From a virus: DNA of 64,000 nucleotides. Positions within the stretch are counted from its first letter, which is position 1. The number at the start of each line of letters is the position of its first letter. The position numbers and the translations under genes are program-made. The notes under the pieces were generated by a model. It searched no databases. It was given only the letters and a program-made list of their open reading frames with translations, and was not told where the DNA came from. The stretch is from IMG/VR virus record IMGVR_UViG_3300028597_000007. One strand, given 5' to 3'. Positions 8,833 through 19,573 of the stretch are shown here, piece by piece.

Positions 8833-9714
8833 TTACGCCTGGAGGCCGACTTGATTCGAACCAGCTTCCTCGATCGACTTCTTGTAACCGCGGTTGGCGG
8901 CTTCAACGTTCGCGTGGATGCTATCGAATGCAGCAGGACGGTTGTTCGGCGATACGCCGGTCAGGGAGATGCTGTTCAGCACTTCCTGGGCGAACTCGAA
9001 CACGGCGGCAGTGGACTCGGTCACGGAGGTGAACTCCATGGACAGGGTCAGCGCTTGGTCGCCGTCTGGCAGGTTGCGGACCATTTCGCGAGGGATACCG
9101 GACGAAGGCATCATGTTGCTGAGCAGGGCAGCCTCCACCACATAGCGGTGGGTTGGGTCTGGCTCGATGAAGAGCATGCTCATGGACATGAAGTTTTCCA
9201 GGATTTCCTCTGGCATGTCCGAGATGGCCATGTGGAGGATTTCCGGGAACTTCGTCTCCGGGTTCATCATCGCAGTGCGCTGCCAGTAGGTGAAGAAACG
9301 GGTAATGACTTTCCCGTACTTCTCCTGGTAGCTGAACGAAGGCGTGGATTCCGCCTGGGTCATGTTCTGGATGATGCGCAACTTCTGACCGCCACCGCCG
9401 ACCGGAGTCTCGGCAAAGTCAGGAGTGATGGTGAGGTTGATACCCTCGATGGAGAGCGGGTGCTCTTCGACCAGGACCTTGAGGGTCTCGATCATCAGCT
9501 GGCCGCCGTCGATGTAATCCATGAACAGCGGATGCTGAACAAGGATCGGAATCATCGACTTCCGGGTGTAAGGGGTGTTGCTGGGCAGTTCGCGGAAGTT
9601 GGGCATGAAGCCCATTTGCTGACCCATCCGCGGGTCCACTACAGGCGAGTAAGCGCCCTTCGCGAAGGACTCTTTACCCAGCATGCGATTAACGAAATCG
9701 TTTGCCATGGTCAT
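8833..9714 (-). CDS. Tail tube protein (phiKZ gp30-like)
   Basis: 293 aa, directly downstream of the sheath gene; size and position match the phiKZ-like tube; FIEPDPT motif. Confidence 0.8.
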   Translation of the reverse strand: MTMANDFVNRMLGKESFAKGAYSPVVDPRMGQQMGFMPNFRELPSNTPYTRKSMIPILVQHPLFMDYIDGGQLMIETLKVLVEEHPLSIEGINLTITPDFAETPVGGGGQKLRIIQNMTQAESTPSFSYQEKYGKVITRFFTYWQRTAMMNPETKFPEILHMAISDMPEEILENFMSMSMLFIEPDPTHRYVVEAALLSNMMPSSGIPREMVRNLPDGDQALTLSMEFTSVTESTAAVFEFAQEVLNSISLTGVSPNNRPAAFDSIHANVEAANRGYKKSIEEAGSNQVGLQA

Positions 9715-9755
9715 GCATCCTCAAATGGCCCGCCCCTTTCGGGGCGAGCAGGGGG

Positions 9756-11840
9756 TTAAGCGGCTTGAGCGGTCTCGGTGCCGTTCAGGGCGTCCAGACG
9801 GTCGGTGAGAACGGTGAACGAACCCACGGTGCGCATGGTGCCCATGTACAGGGTCACATTGCAGGACCAGGAGAAGCCACGCGAGCTGTCCGCCGGGGTG
9901 AAGTAGGTGTCCGGCACAACGGTAACACGACCGTCGTACTTGCCAGCTACCGCCTTGGCGATCTTGTCGTTGGACTTCTGGATGAACTGCGCTTCGGTCA
10001 GGCCCTTGATGCCGACCAGCTCGGTCCACACAGCACGGCACACTTTGATGACGTCGACTGCCACGATCATGTTGAACGCGGAGTTGAGCACCGAGGTGTC
10101 GTCCTCGTAGACAGTCTGGTACGCCGGGACGAACTGATCGCGACGGTCCTTGTACTGAGCCCAGCAGATGCCGTTGGCCCAGAAGTTGTCGATCATGGCT
10201 TCGGACTTCGAACGCGCGTTGATCTCGGTGTAATCCTTGACCACGTTGTTCTTCGGATCGTCCGGCTGCTTCTCGGCCACCCAGATGCCATCGCCAGCGC
10301 CCATGTAGGCCGCACAGTCTTTGGCAAACTTGTAGGTGAGAGGAACGACCGACTTGACCTTCGCCTTCGGCATTTCGCCAGCATGGCCCAGGATGATCGC
10401 GCGGCAGCACTGAGTGCCGTGCAGCACGGATTCTGGGTAGCCCAGCAGAGCGTTCTTCAGGGAGACGCCGATCGAGTAGTCCTCGGCCTCGCTGTTCATC
10501 GGCTGGCCCCACACCTGGGTCGACATGACCAGGTAGATGTCATCGCGGTTGGCGAGCATCTGTGGGAACTTCAGCTTGGTTTCCAGCGAGAAGCCCGAGT
10601 CGTACATGCAGGACATCGGCACACGCCAGCGGTCCCACAGACGGTTCTCGTTGTTCATGAAGTTGTCGAGCCAGTCGCCGCAAGCCTTGTCGTAGGCTTC
10701 GTCGGAGATGTCACCGTCGTCACCGCCCTCAGCGAAGTGGGTGGTGGTGTCGGTGAACAGCAGGCCACCGTTGGCTGGGGTCTCGACCTGGATCGAGTAG
10801 TACGGGTAGCCCAGGTACGACTGACCGGTCAGGAAGTTGACCATGTGGAAGTCTTCAACGTCATCGCCAGCAGTGCCGAATTCGATCTCGGCTGCGTGGA
10901 TGGCCTTGAGGAACAGCTCCAGGTTCTTCTCGTAGACGTGGTAGCCGCTGAAGGTACCGAAGGTGTGCGGACCGCCATCGGTGGAGCGAGCGTTGTACGC
11001 CTGCACCAGGGTGTCGTCGATGCCGTATTCAGCGTTGGTCAGACGGTCATAGACGTCTGGCTTGAACGTGAACTCGACATACTGCTCGCCGGAGATGGTC
11101 TGCTTGGTCAGCGCGGACGAACGAGCATCCTTACGCTCTACTGCCTGGAAGCGGTACAGGAATGCACGCTGGTCTTCGATCAGGCCTTCACGGGTACCAC
11201 CAGCCGACTTGATGGTCGGAGCCATCAGACGGAAGCCGCCACGATCGCCAGCAGCGCCCTTGTGAGGACGGATGATGTCGAACAGTGGGACCTTGGTGGA
11301 CGACTTGCCGTCCTTGTTGGAGATCAGGTCACCGGTGGCCTGTTCTTGCTGACCCAGGGTGTTGTCCTTGAGCGGCGAGGAGGTGATACGGATGCGGGTA
11401 CCGCCGGTGATCTTCGGACGGGTAGTGCTCACGACCTTTTGGCCTTGGGCATTAACCTTATGAGAGCCGTCGGAATTACGCTCGTAGTTCACGATGTCGT
11501 CGACAACCCACTCACCCCAGATGGTCTTACCGGCACGCTTGGCACCAGTGCCAGTGATGCGGCAAATCATCTGTTGGTTGGCAGCCTCATTCACAGCCTG
11601 CGAGAGCAGGGACTGGTGGCTGAAGTACGGCGAGCGACGATCGTAGATGTCAGCGCCGAAGGTGTTGAACAAACGGTCGCCGGAGACGATCTCGTCCGAC
11701 TCGGGGCCCCAGGAAGTGCGGAGCAGGAACAGGGGCAGGTGCGTCGGGATCTGCAGAGGGTCGATGACGTTGTCCCGAGGACTGATGTCATTCAAACCAT
11801 CGAACAGAAAGCGCGGAGCCCCATTTTTTACAGTGGCCAT
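9756..11840 (-). CDS. Contractile tail sheath protein (phiKZ gp29-like)
   Basis: 694 aa; PTHLPLF...WGP N-terminus, YDSGFSLETK and sheath-like C-terminal domain. Confidence 0.9.
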   Translation of the reverse strand: MATVKNGAPRFLFDGLNDISPRDNVIDPLQIPTHLPLFLLRTSWGPESDEIVSGDRLFNTFGADIYDRRSPYFSHQSLLSQAVNEAANQQMICRITGTGAKRAGKTIWGEWVVDDIVNYERNSDGSHKVNAQGQKVVSTTRPKITGGTRIRITSSPLKDNTLGQQEQATGDLISNKDGKSSTKVPLFDIIRPHKGAAGDRGGFRLMAPTIKSAGGTREGLIEDQRAFLYRFQAVERKDARSSALTKQTISGEQYVEFTFKPDVYDRLTNAEYGIDDTLVQAYNARSTDGGPHTFGTFSGYHVYEKNLELFLKAIHAAEIEFGTAGDDVEDFHMVNFLTGQSYLGYPYYSIQVETPANGGLLFTDTTTHFAEGGDDGDISDEAYDKACGDWLDNFMNNENRLWDRWRVPMSCMYDSGFSLETKLKFPQMLANRDDIYLVMSTQVWGQPMNSEAEDYSIGVSLKNALLGYPESVLHGTQCCRAIILGHAGEMPKAKVKSVVPLTYKFAKDCAAYMGAGDGIWVAEKQPDDPKNNVVKDYTEINARSKSEAMIDNFWANGICWAQYKDRRDQFVPAYQTVYEDDTSVLNSAFNMIVAVDVIKVCRAVWTELVGIKGLTEAQFIQKSNDKIAKAVAGKYDGRVTVVPDTYFTPADSSRGFSWSCNVTLYMGTMRTVGSFTVLTDRLDALNGTETAQAA

Positions 11841-12025
11841 TTAAACGCTCCTTTAAAGGATGGTGTTCTTTCTTTGCAAAGAGGTTGCCTACCGGTCAAC
11901 GCTCCCTTAGGGCCATGGTCCCCCTCGGAAGAGGCAGGCCTTGCTATAGGCCAATTTGACTTAGCCATAAGATAATACTTTATCTTTCAACCGATCATTC
12001 ATATATCCAACACGCCGAGGCCAAC

Positions 12026-12901
12026 ATGATCATTGACCCCTACGAAACAACCCTCGCTCGCCCTTACCAGTCGGACAAGATCCGTAGTCAGGTAACTCAG
12101 GCAGCGATCTCTGACGGTGTCTATGACCTCGTCTTTCGAATCCGGGAAGATCACCGTGAAGTAAGCTCCTTCACGCAACCTATCCTGTTCGAAACCCCTG
12201 GCAACAAGGGTCTGCGTGTTGCGGTTGACAGTCGCCAGTACAAAGGCTCCAACTCGTTCGTTACCGAACAGCTGGACCTGCTCGAACTGCGTGCAGCGTT
12301 GACCCTGTACGGGGCGCGGGAAGGCAACCTCACCTCTTTCTATCACCCGGTGGCTTCCACTGCCTTTGCCAACTTGATCGCTGGGATCATCTCCCAGCGC
12401 TTTGGCATTGACCCGAAGCTCAAGGCGTATGTCACTGTAGTGGCAGCTGCACACTACTACAACATTACCCACCAGCTCGATGCCGGTTATGGCGACCAGG
12501 ACATTCCTCTGATCATGCAGGCCATCATGCGTGACCTGCGTCTGCCTGCCGATATCGTGGAAGCAGCGCTGGACAAGTGCGAATACGGCGACACCATGGA
12601 ATCGCTGTGCGAGAACATTCGTCGGGTCGATGGCACCGAGCGCACCACCTCGCTGGTGCCTGGCTTGATCATCAACTCCTCGGGTGGCCTGTGGTACGGC
12701 ATCAACGCCGCTGAAACCGTAGGTATTTCTTACGAGCATGCGCCCACCTTCTGCGCCCTGTTGTTCAATGCACTGGGTGACGGTAGCTACAGCCGTGGCG
12801 AGATGGCCAAGCGCCTGAAATACATTGGCTCTGTGCGTCAGAAGGCGGAGAACTTCCGCAAATCGATGCGCACCATTCAATCGGAGATCACAAATGCCTA
12901 G
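12026..12901 (+). CDS. Virion structural protein (phiKZ gp28-like by synteny)
   Basis: Divergent from the sheath gene; first of the four-gene block ending in terminase. Confidence 0.7.
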   Translation: MIIDPYETTLARPYQSDKIRSQVTQAAISDGVYDLVFRIREDHREVSSFTQPILFETPGNKGLRVAVDSRQYKGSNSFVTEQLDLLELRAALTLYGAREGNLTSFYHPVASTAFANLIAGIISQRFGIDPKLKAYVTVVAAAHYYNITHQLDAGYGDQDIPLIMQAIMRDLRLPADIVEAALDKCEYGDTMESLCENIRRVDGTERTTSLVPGLIINSSGGLWYGINAAETVGISYEHAPTFCALLFNALGDGSYSRGEMAKRLKYIGSVRQKAENFRKSMRTIQSEITNA

Positions 12902-15581
12902 TAAGTACCTTATCGAGCATGCACGAGCAAACGTCTGGTGCACGCCCGAACAGGACTTCCAGGTGGTTATCGCTCCAATGCGCATTAGCGAAGATCGCGG
13001 TGTGCGCAGATCCATGCGCGTGGAGATGGGTCAGGACATTTCGATGCCTGATATCGACGCCAAATTCCACGTGTGGCAGATCGGTAACCTGCACCCTGGC
13101 CTGATCGGGCTGTTCCCACGAGCTGGGCACTGGGTACGCGCGACAGACCACATGAACGTGCAAGGCATGATGATCAACGTCTATAACAAGATGGGTGAAC
13201 AGGTGCCTCGCTTTGAAGTGTGGTTTGTGGTGCTACCTGACCGCAACCTGCTCATGGCCATTGAAGAACATGACGACCGTTACGACTTCATTGGCCAGCA
13301 AACCTTTGTGCGCTTTTACTCCAACGCCTTCTACGAGTCGGTGCGTAGCCAAGGTCTGCCACAGATTCCTTCTGGCACCTACATCGAGAACCCGATCAAC
13401 GATTGGGCCAACTTGGGTGGGCTGCGTGCATCTGGTACTTCTGGCGATGTGTTGATTGAGGGTAAACGCTCCAAGACCCGCAATGACATCATGGTCATGC
13501 AGAACCGCTACACCCAGCTCAAGGCGCTGAACGTCGGCCAGGTCACCTGCTTCTATAACGGGCGACTGGTGCCAGACTTCGACGGCACCTTCTACACCGC
13601 TGCTGTCTGGGCAGCAGGTGATTGGTGTGAAATCGTGGTCGATGCTTCGATGACAGAGATCGTGCAGTTTAAGGTCAATGGCCTGGACACGTACGACTCT
13701 ACCCTCGACAGTGTGCGCAAGTACCTGTTGCATCGGCTGAACGACAAGCTCAGCGTGATCCAGTTCAAGGACGATCTGGACATCTACCTGACTCGCCCCA
13801 TTGGGACGGATGGTCGCTTCGAGGGACGGTACTACTACCAGAACACGAAGAAGGCTGTGCGTCAGGTCACTCACCAAGACTGGTCGATGCCTGTGGCCTT
13901 CGTGGCTGGCTTCAAGGACGCCGCGTTCACCAATCCACAAGAATGGACGATCCGCGTTTACACCCGTAAGTCTGGCTACGACCGTAAGTTGGTTAACGAG
14001 GCCGCCCGCATTCAAGAGCTGTATCGCTTGTCTGCCGCTCAACGGCGCCGAGCCATGCTGGGCCTTGATTCCACCATGTCGTACTGGCGGGCCCCAAATC
14101 TGGAAGCAAACATGTACGCTTTCATGATGCAGGACTTCCAGGGCAATTTCACGGTTGAACAAGTGCAGGAAGGCTACGGGTACAATGCGATCAGTAAGCT
14201 GGTGGCAGACAGTCCAATCGCCGTGACCAACCAGAACGGCAACAAGGTGGTGGTATTGCCGGCTGGCCTGCAGACTCGTGCGACCATCTACGAGTACGAT
14301 GTGAACGGCTTGCTGCTGGGCTACTACCAGACTTCGGGCACCATCCACTACAGTTGCCGCAATGCCAGCTGTGCGTTCGTAGAGGGGCGTGTGGGTACTG
14401 GTGGTCCTAACCTCACCACGGTCTTTGGTGTCAAGCCATTTAACATCAACCCTGACTGGGACTACTTCTGCTTGAAGGCTCAGGTCTGGAATGGGACGAT
14501 CTCGGGTGGCTGGTTGCCGGCTGAACTGGATAAGGACTACGTGATTCGCGATGGGCAGATCCGCTGGAACTTGGACGGCACGGCATGGGTATGCGCGATT
14601 CGTAACAACGAGTTCTTCCTCTCTTACGACATTGAACTCGATGCCCGTGATGGGTTGATGATCTTCAGTGTGCAGTCGGAGGAGGCCAATGACTTCGAGC
14701 CTGCCAACCGCGTGGAACCTGTTCCTTACGGGAAGCTGGACATCTGGCTGAATCGTCGACCACTGATCGAGAACATCGACTACGTGGTCAAGTGGCCTCA
14801 GGTGGTGATCTGCAACAAAGAGTTCATCCGTTTGGCGGACACTCAGGCAGTCACGGTTCGTTGCACTGGGTTGCCGATGCTGAACGCAGATGGCGAGTTC
14901 TACCGTCAGCTGCCACTGGACTACGGTTTTGTGCAGTATGGTCAACTGTCGCGTAACAATCGTTACAACGTTCGCATGGACAAAGTGCAGCGTGTGGTTG
15001 TGCGTGGCAAGGTGATGACGCCGTCTCAAGTCAAGTACCCAGAGGAAGGCACCGCCATCTCCTCGGCTGCTGTCAAGAACGGTGACCCATACGCGATCGA
15101 GGAGGTCATTGTTCCTATCGGGTTGTTCACAACCACCGGCACTTATCCACTGCGGGCAGCTGCAATGGAGCGGGACCGTCAGGTTGAGGACTACATGACT
15201 CGGTTCATCAAGGACCCTGTCCCTGCCAACTACAACCCGGTAGAAGATCTCTACGACTTGTTCAGCCCGTTCCTGGCCAAGGTTATCCGAGACCTGCAAC
15301 ACGGGTATCTGGTGATCGATCCTACCCAAGTTCCGCTGACCAACGCCCAAGTGCGCGAGCTGCTCAAGGACTACACCTACCTGCTGGACTACGATCCGAC
15401 TCGTTTGGATCTGCCGACAGACTACGTGACCATCCACGCACACGACAGCTACGACATGATCACGCTGGGGGTTTACCATTTCTACCTGTTGGAGATGGCG
15501 GTCAAGCTGTTCATGCCAGGACTGATCGATGTCAGCCGCTGGGTTCAAATTGACTCTCAGTGGGCACCCATTCAAATTTAG
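12894..15581 (+). CDS. Large virion/baseplate protein (phiKZ gp27-like)
   Basis: About 895 aa, GGAG SD before ATG 12894; N-terminal YL..HA..NVWC.P.QD pattern; synteny. Confidence 0.75.
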   Translation: MPSKYLIEHARANVWCTPEQDFQVVIAPMRISEDRGVRRSMRVEMGQDISMPDIDAKFHVWQIGNLHPGLIGLFPRAGHWVRATDHMNVQGMMINVYNKMGEQVPRFEVWFVVLPDRNLLMAIEEHDDRYDFIGQQTFVRFYSNAFYESVRSQGLPQIPSGTYIENPINDWANLGGLRASGTSGDVLIEGKRSKTRNDIMVMQNRYTQLKALNVGQVTCFYNGRLVPDFDGTFYTAAVWAAGDWCEIVVDASMTEIVQFKVNGLDTYDSTLDSVRKYLLHRLNDKLSVIQFKDDLDIYLTRPIGTDGRFEGRYYYQNTKKAVRQVTHQDWSMPVAFVAGFKDAAFTNPQEWTIRVYTRKSGYDRKLVNEAARIQELYRLSAAQRRRAMLGLDSTMSYWRAPNLEANMYAFMMQDFQGNFTVEQVQEGYGYNAISKLVADSPIAVTNQNGNKVVVLPAGLQTRATIYEYDVNGLLLGYYQTSGTIHYSCRNASCAFVEGRVGTGGPNLTTVFGVKPFNINPDWDYFCLKAQVWNGTISGGWLPAELDKDYVIRDGQIRWNLDGTAWVCAIRNNEFFLSYDIELDARDGLMIFSVQSEEANDFEPANRVEPVPYGKLDIWLNRRPLIENIDYVVKWPQVVICNKEFIRLADTQAVTVRCTGLPMLNADGEFYRQLPLDYGFVQYGQLSRNNRYNVRMDKVQRVVVRGKVMTPSQVKYPEEGTAISSAAVKNGDPYAIEEVIVPIGLFTTTGTYPLRAAAMERDRQVEDYMTRFIKDPVPANYNPVEDLYDLFSPFLAKVIRDLQHGYLVIDPTQVPLTNAQVRELLKDYTYLLDYDPTRLDLPTDYVTIHAHDSYDMITLGVYHFYLLEMAVKLFMPGLIDVSRWVQIDSQWAPIQI

Positions 15582-15594
15582 CGAGAGCTGACAG

Positions 15595-17298
15595 ATGGCA
15601 ACTATCAATACCAATCCGTCCATGATCGTCGACCCCAAACGGGCGTGGACATCGTGGAACATCAATCAGATCTTCGTGCCGGGTGGTGCCGGGGGTCTGA
15701 ACGTTCCAAACATTGACGACCAGATCATCCAGTGGGGTAGTGACCGCTACTTCGTCTACCGTTGCTCTGACGTTGACTACACCACCGGTAAGTCCACGCT
15801 CCAACTGATGCACGAGTCGCCTTACGTGCAAGCGGAAGGTGTGGAAGACGTGATCCTGTCGTCGGGCCCTGGTACCCCGATCGAGTCGTTCCGCGCATAT
15901 GTGGACAAGAGCGTCAAGCCTGCCACTATCTCGATCGACCGTCAGTTCTTCTTCCTGGGCACCGATGCTCGCTACGTCAAGATCTACAAAGGTACCGACA
16001 CTTCTCCGCAAGGGCAAGTCGTCTCGGCCATGTACGATCAAGGCAATGAGCTGATCGGCGAGAACATCCCGCTCAAGCAGGTGGCCACCGCCCGCATTCC
16101 ATCGGCCGGCCTGGTGACTGCAATCGACTCTGCTGTGAAGATTGTCGAGACCGGTTACCTGACCACTGACCTCGTGGATAACGAAGTCATCACCGTGGTG
16201 GCATTCGGCGATGCTGGCAACATTGTGCAGCAACGTGCGGTCACCGTGTACAACACTTCGTTTGCACGACAGGTAGATAGCGAGCGTCGTTACGTGCTGG
16301 ACGTCGAGCTTGATACCCAGTTCCTGTCCGAGGGCGATGACAACGTTATTGTCATTCCGCGGAACATGACACTTGAGTCTGTGCTGACCATGTGTAAGGT
16401 TCTCTACTCCGACGGCAGTCCAAAGCGCGTACCCATCGACGGCACTAAGGCGGCACTGCATGGGATGTACTCCAGCCGCTACATTGCCAACTCTGACGGT
16501 GTGCGTGCCAAGGTCGTTCTGATGTATCGCCTGGATGAGAACGAGTGGCTGTACGGTGCTCAGGTGGGTGAGTTCCCTCACAAGTCCCGTGCGTACTCGG
16601 TGGAATCTGCGCCGTTCGAGAAGGCATTCGCCTGCCGTATTTGGGCCCTCCCGCAATGGGTGGACGCCAACAATGGCTATCGTATGCGCTATTACCTCAC
16701 GACCTTGCGTCGCGATACGATCTATGACATCACCGACAAGGTGCGTTTCAGCCCCTCGTCGCCGTCGTTCAACCCATTGGCATATGGCCAGCTGCAGAAC
16801 CTGATTCTGCAAGTGGACATGAACAAAGTGGATAGCAGCTTCAAGGCTTGGAAGTATGTACAGCCGACGGGGATCACCCTGTTTGCTCCTGCTTCCGAAG
16901 GCCCGGCTACTGCCTACACGGTGAACTACGAGCCTACTCAAGGCACGGTGCATGGACTTGGCTTGCAGGTCAAGGGTGATTACCGCTCGGCAGGTTTCTG
17001 GCTGTTCGATATCTCGATGGCGGCGGGTAGTCTGGCCGCGTGGTTGGAGAAGATGTTCTACACGGCTTTGCCGATCTACAACCCGACGTCCGAAACACGT
17101 GCTCCGGCACCTACCCATTTCAACATGATCTGTGCTGGCGTTAGCAAAGAGTTCGCAGTCGCAAGCTGGAAGAACTCGCTGCAAATGTCCATCACCCCTG
17201 GACCAGGCGAGCAAGTCCGCTTTGAGTGGATTCTGCGCGATGGCACTGGCGATCACCTGCTGGGCGTTACCTCCGCACCAATGTTCCAAGTGGACTGA
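15595..17298 (+). CDS. Virion/baseplate protein (phiKZ gp26-like)
   Basis: 567 aa, immediately upstream of terminase; synteny. Confidence 0.7.
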   Translation: MATINTNPSMIVDPKRAWTSWNINQIFVPGGAGGLNVPNIDDQIIQWGSDRYFVYRCSDVDYTTGKSTLQLMHESPYVQAEGVEDVILSSGPGTPIESFRAYVDKSVKPATISIDRQFFFLGTDARYVKIYKGTDTSPQGQVVSAMYDQGNELIGENIPLKQVATARIPSAGLVTAIDSAVKIVETGYLTTDLVDNEVITVVAFGDAGNIVQQRAVTVYNTSFARQVDSERRYVLDVELDTQFLSEGDDNVIVIPRNMTLESVLTMCKVLYSDGSPKRVPIDGTKAALHGMYSSRYIANSDGVRAKVVLMYRLDENEWLYGAQVGEFPHKSRAYSVESAPFEKAFACRIWALPQWVDANNGYRMRYYLTTLRRDTIYDITDKVRFSPSSPSFNPLAYGQLQNLILQVDMNKVDSSFKAWKYVQPTGITLFAPASEGPATAYTVNYEPTQGTVHGLGLQVKGDYRSAGFWLFDISMAAGSLAAWLEKMFYTALPIYNPTSETRAPAPTHFNMICAGVSKEFAVASWKNSLQMSITPGPGEQVRFEWILRDGTGDHLLGVTSAPMFQVD

Positions 17299-17304
17299 TA
17301 AAAC

Positions 17305-17332
17305 GCTTCCTCTCCCTCCGGGGAGAGGAAGC
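17305..17332. terminator. Perfect 12-bp hairpin upstream of terminase
   Basis: GCTTCCTCTCCC-TCCG-GGGAGAGGAAGC. Confidence 0.65.
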
Positions 17333-17348
17333 ACATGGAGTAACGACT

Positions 17349-19532
17349 ATGATTTTACACGATCGCGATATTGACCACTATGCAGGGGCGATCTATGACC
17401 TGCAGACCAGCAACAAAAGCTTCATCCGTTATGTAGCCCTGCTGCGCAAGATGGGTGTCAAGAACGCCTACTTCTGCTTGGCCCTGCTTCACCCAGAATT
17501 GCAGGGGGTCGATCCACACGACCCTAACCTGGATGAGATGACCAAGGTCCTCATCTGGGAGGAGTGTAAGGAAAACCCGTGGTACTTCATCCGGGAAGTG
17601 ATCCGCATTAAAGCGGGTGACATGATTCCTTACATCGCCAACCGTGGCAACATGGCTTTGATGTGGCTGTTCCTGAACCACATCGACATGTTCCTGATTC
17701 AACCCCGTCAGACCGGTAAGTCGGTGGGGGCTGACTGTTTGATGTTGTGGTTGATTTACTTTGGCTGTTATAACGTCGACATACAGCTAATCACAAAAGA
17801 CGCCAAGCTACGAACGGACAACATCCTCCGTTTGAAAGCGATGCGAGACGGGATGCCCCAGTGGCTGATTGTCACAGACAAGTCCGACCCGGATAACACC
17901 GAGGAGATCGGATACGCCACCAAGAAGATGCGCTACATTGCCAAGGTACCGCGTGCTTCTGCAACGGACGCTGAGAAAGTAGGTCGGGGTGCCACCTCTC
18001 CGATTCTGCAGTTCGACGAAGCCCCCTTCATCAACCACATCGGTATTACGTTGCCGTCGGCTATGGGTTCCTCTACTCGGGCCCGTGAGAACGCCAAGCG
18101 CCTTGGGGCGCCGTATGGGGTACTCTACACAACCACTGCGGGTAAGATCGACTCCCGTGATGGTCGCTTCGTATACGACATGTTGGCAGGTGCTGCAACG
18201 TGGAGTGAGCGTTACCTGGATGCTGGTTCTCAGGCAGCGCTGGAACAGATGATGCTCGACAACTCGACGGGCGATGTTCCACTGATGAACTGTACGTTCT
18301 CTCACCGTCAGTTGGGTTACACCGACGAATGGTTGTGGGAAACCATGGCCCGAAACAAAGCGTACGGGGAAATCGCAGAGCGCGACTACATGAACCGCTG
18401 GACCAACGGTACCGGCAGTAACCCGATCAACGTGAAGATTCTTGAACGTATCGCTGGGTCTGAGCGTGAGCCGGATGACGTGCAGCTGTTCAAAGAAGGC
18501 TACATGGTTCGCTGGTACATCCCAGAGGACAAGATCGAAAGCTTCATGGAAAGCCGTCGCTTCATCATGGGTCTGGATACCTCGGACGCCATCGGTCGAG
18601 ACGGTATCGACATGGTGGTTATCGACACGCGTTCTCGTGCTGTGGTTGCAACTGGTACCTACAACCGGACCAACATCTGGCGGTGGATCAGTTTCTTGGG
18701 TGCGTTCATGCTCAAGTACCCAAACATTACGCTCATCCCAGAACGCAAGTCGTCGGCTCAGTCGATCATCGATGGTCTCATTCAGATTCTGGATGCGGCA
18801 GGCGTCGATCCATTCAAACGGATCTTCAACCACATCGTCGACAACAAAGAGCGCTACTCGGACGAGTTCACCAACACCGGCAACTCGATGCTGCGTCGTC
18901 GTATGTTCGAAACCCACAAGCAATACTTCGGGTTCAACACCACAGGCGAGTCCCGTACTCACCTGTACGTCAACGTACTCAACGACTCGCTAGATGAAGC
19001 CGCTGGTAAGATCTTCGACAAGAAACTGTCGGGTGAATTCCGTGGCTTGGTGGTTAAGAACGGTCGTATCGACCACCAGACTGGTGGACACGACGACTCG
19101 ATCATTGCGTACCTCATGGCCAACTGGATGCTCACTCACGCGAAGAACCTGCAGCACTATGGCATCACGCAGAAAGATGTCCGTACTGAAGTGATTCGTG
19201 GTCAAGACAAGATCTCTGTCCAAGACATGATCCGTCAAGACCGTGCGCGTAAGTTGCGTGACCAACTCGAAGATCTGTTTGTCCGTCTGAACGAGGCTGA
19301 CAGTGAAGTCGAGGCAATCCGTCATGAGCACGAGATTCGCCACCTGATGTCGATGTCTATGGACATTGGTGAATCGGCAGAATCCATCCAGGAACTTATC
19401 GATACCGCAGCAGTGCGGCGTCGTGAGCGGATGCGTAATGCCCGCATGTCTGGACCTGTGCACTCCATGGGCTTCAACGGAATGTACAGTCGTCAACCAT
19501 CGCAATGGACCCCTCCTCCAATGTCGTGCTGA
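17349..19532 (+). CDS. Terminase large subunit
   Basis: Walker A PRQTGKS, Walker B LQFDEAPF, YTTTAG coupling motif, RNase H-like nuclease GLDTS...HDD; GGAG SD before ATG 17349. Confidence 0.95.
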   Translation: MILHDRDIDHYAGAIYDLQTSNKSFIRYVALLRKMGVKNAYFCLALLHPELQGVDPHDPNLDEMTKVLIWEECKENPWYFIREVIRIKAGDMIPYIANRGNMALMWLFLNHIDMFLIQPRQTGKSVGADCLMLWLIYFGCYNVDIQLITKDAKLRTDNILRLKAMRDGMPQWLIVTDKSDPDNTEEIGYATKKMRYIAKVPRASATDAEKVGRGATSPILQFDEAPFINHIGITLPSAMGSSTRARENAKRLGAPYGVLYTTTAGKIDSRDGRFVYDMLAGAATWSERYLDAGSQAALEQMMLDNSTGDVPLMNCTFSHRQLGYTDEWLWETMARNKAYGEIAERDYMNRWTNGTGSNPINVKILERIAGSEREPDDVQLFKEGYMVRWYIPEDKIESFMESRRFIMGLDTSDAIGRDGIDMVVIDTRSRAVVATGTYNRTNIWRWISFLGAFMLKYPNITLIPERKSSAQSIIDGLIQILDAAGVDPFKRIFNHIVDNKERYSDEFTNTGNSMLRRRMFETHKQYFGFNTTGESRTHLYVNVLNDSLDEAAGKIFDKKLSGEFRGLVVKNGRIDHQTGGHDDSIIAYLMANWMLTHAKNLQHYGITQKDVRTEVIRGQDKISVQDMIRQDRARKLRDQLEDLFVRLNEADSEVEAIRHEHEIRHLMSMSMDIGESAESIQELIDTAAVRRRERMRNARMSGPVHSMGFNGMYSRQPSQWTPPPMSC

Positions 19533-19535
19533 CAA

Positions 19536-19572
19536 CATACGCCCCCTCCCCACCTGGGGAGGGGGCTATGCC
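19536..19572. terminator. Bidirectional hairpin flanked by CATA/TATG
   Basis: CATAC-GCCCCCTCCCC-ACCT-GGGGAGGGGGC-TATGCC between convergent genes. Confidence 0.85.
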
Positions 19573-19573
19573 G

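Noticed and set aside
8852-8862. T-loop-like GGTTCGAATCA on the - strand
   Set aside because: Lies inside the tail tube coding sequence and no cloverleaf forms; no tRNA found in the window.
9702-11975. Very long antisense ORFs (9702..11975, 8851..9759, 13233..15665, 15532..17334, 17808..18962, 39403..40794 and similar)
   Set aside because: They mirror well-supported genes on the other strand, lack SDs and motifs, and are expected from strong C/G third-position bias, which removes antisense stops.
17226-17348. Upstream terminase start proposed by the ORF track
   Set aside because: It overlaps the previous gene and crosses a 12-bp hairpin; ATG 17349 has a GGAG SD.
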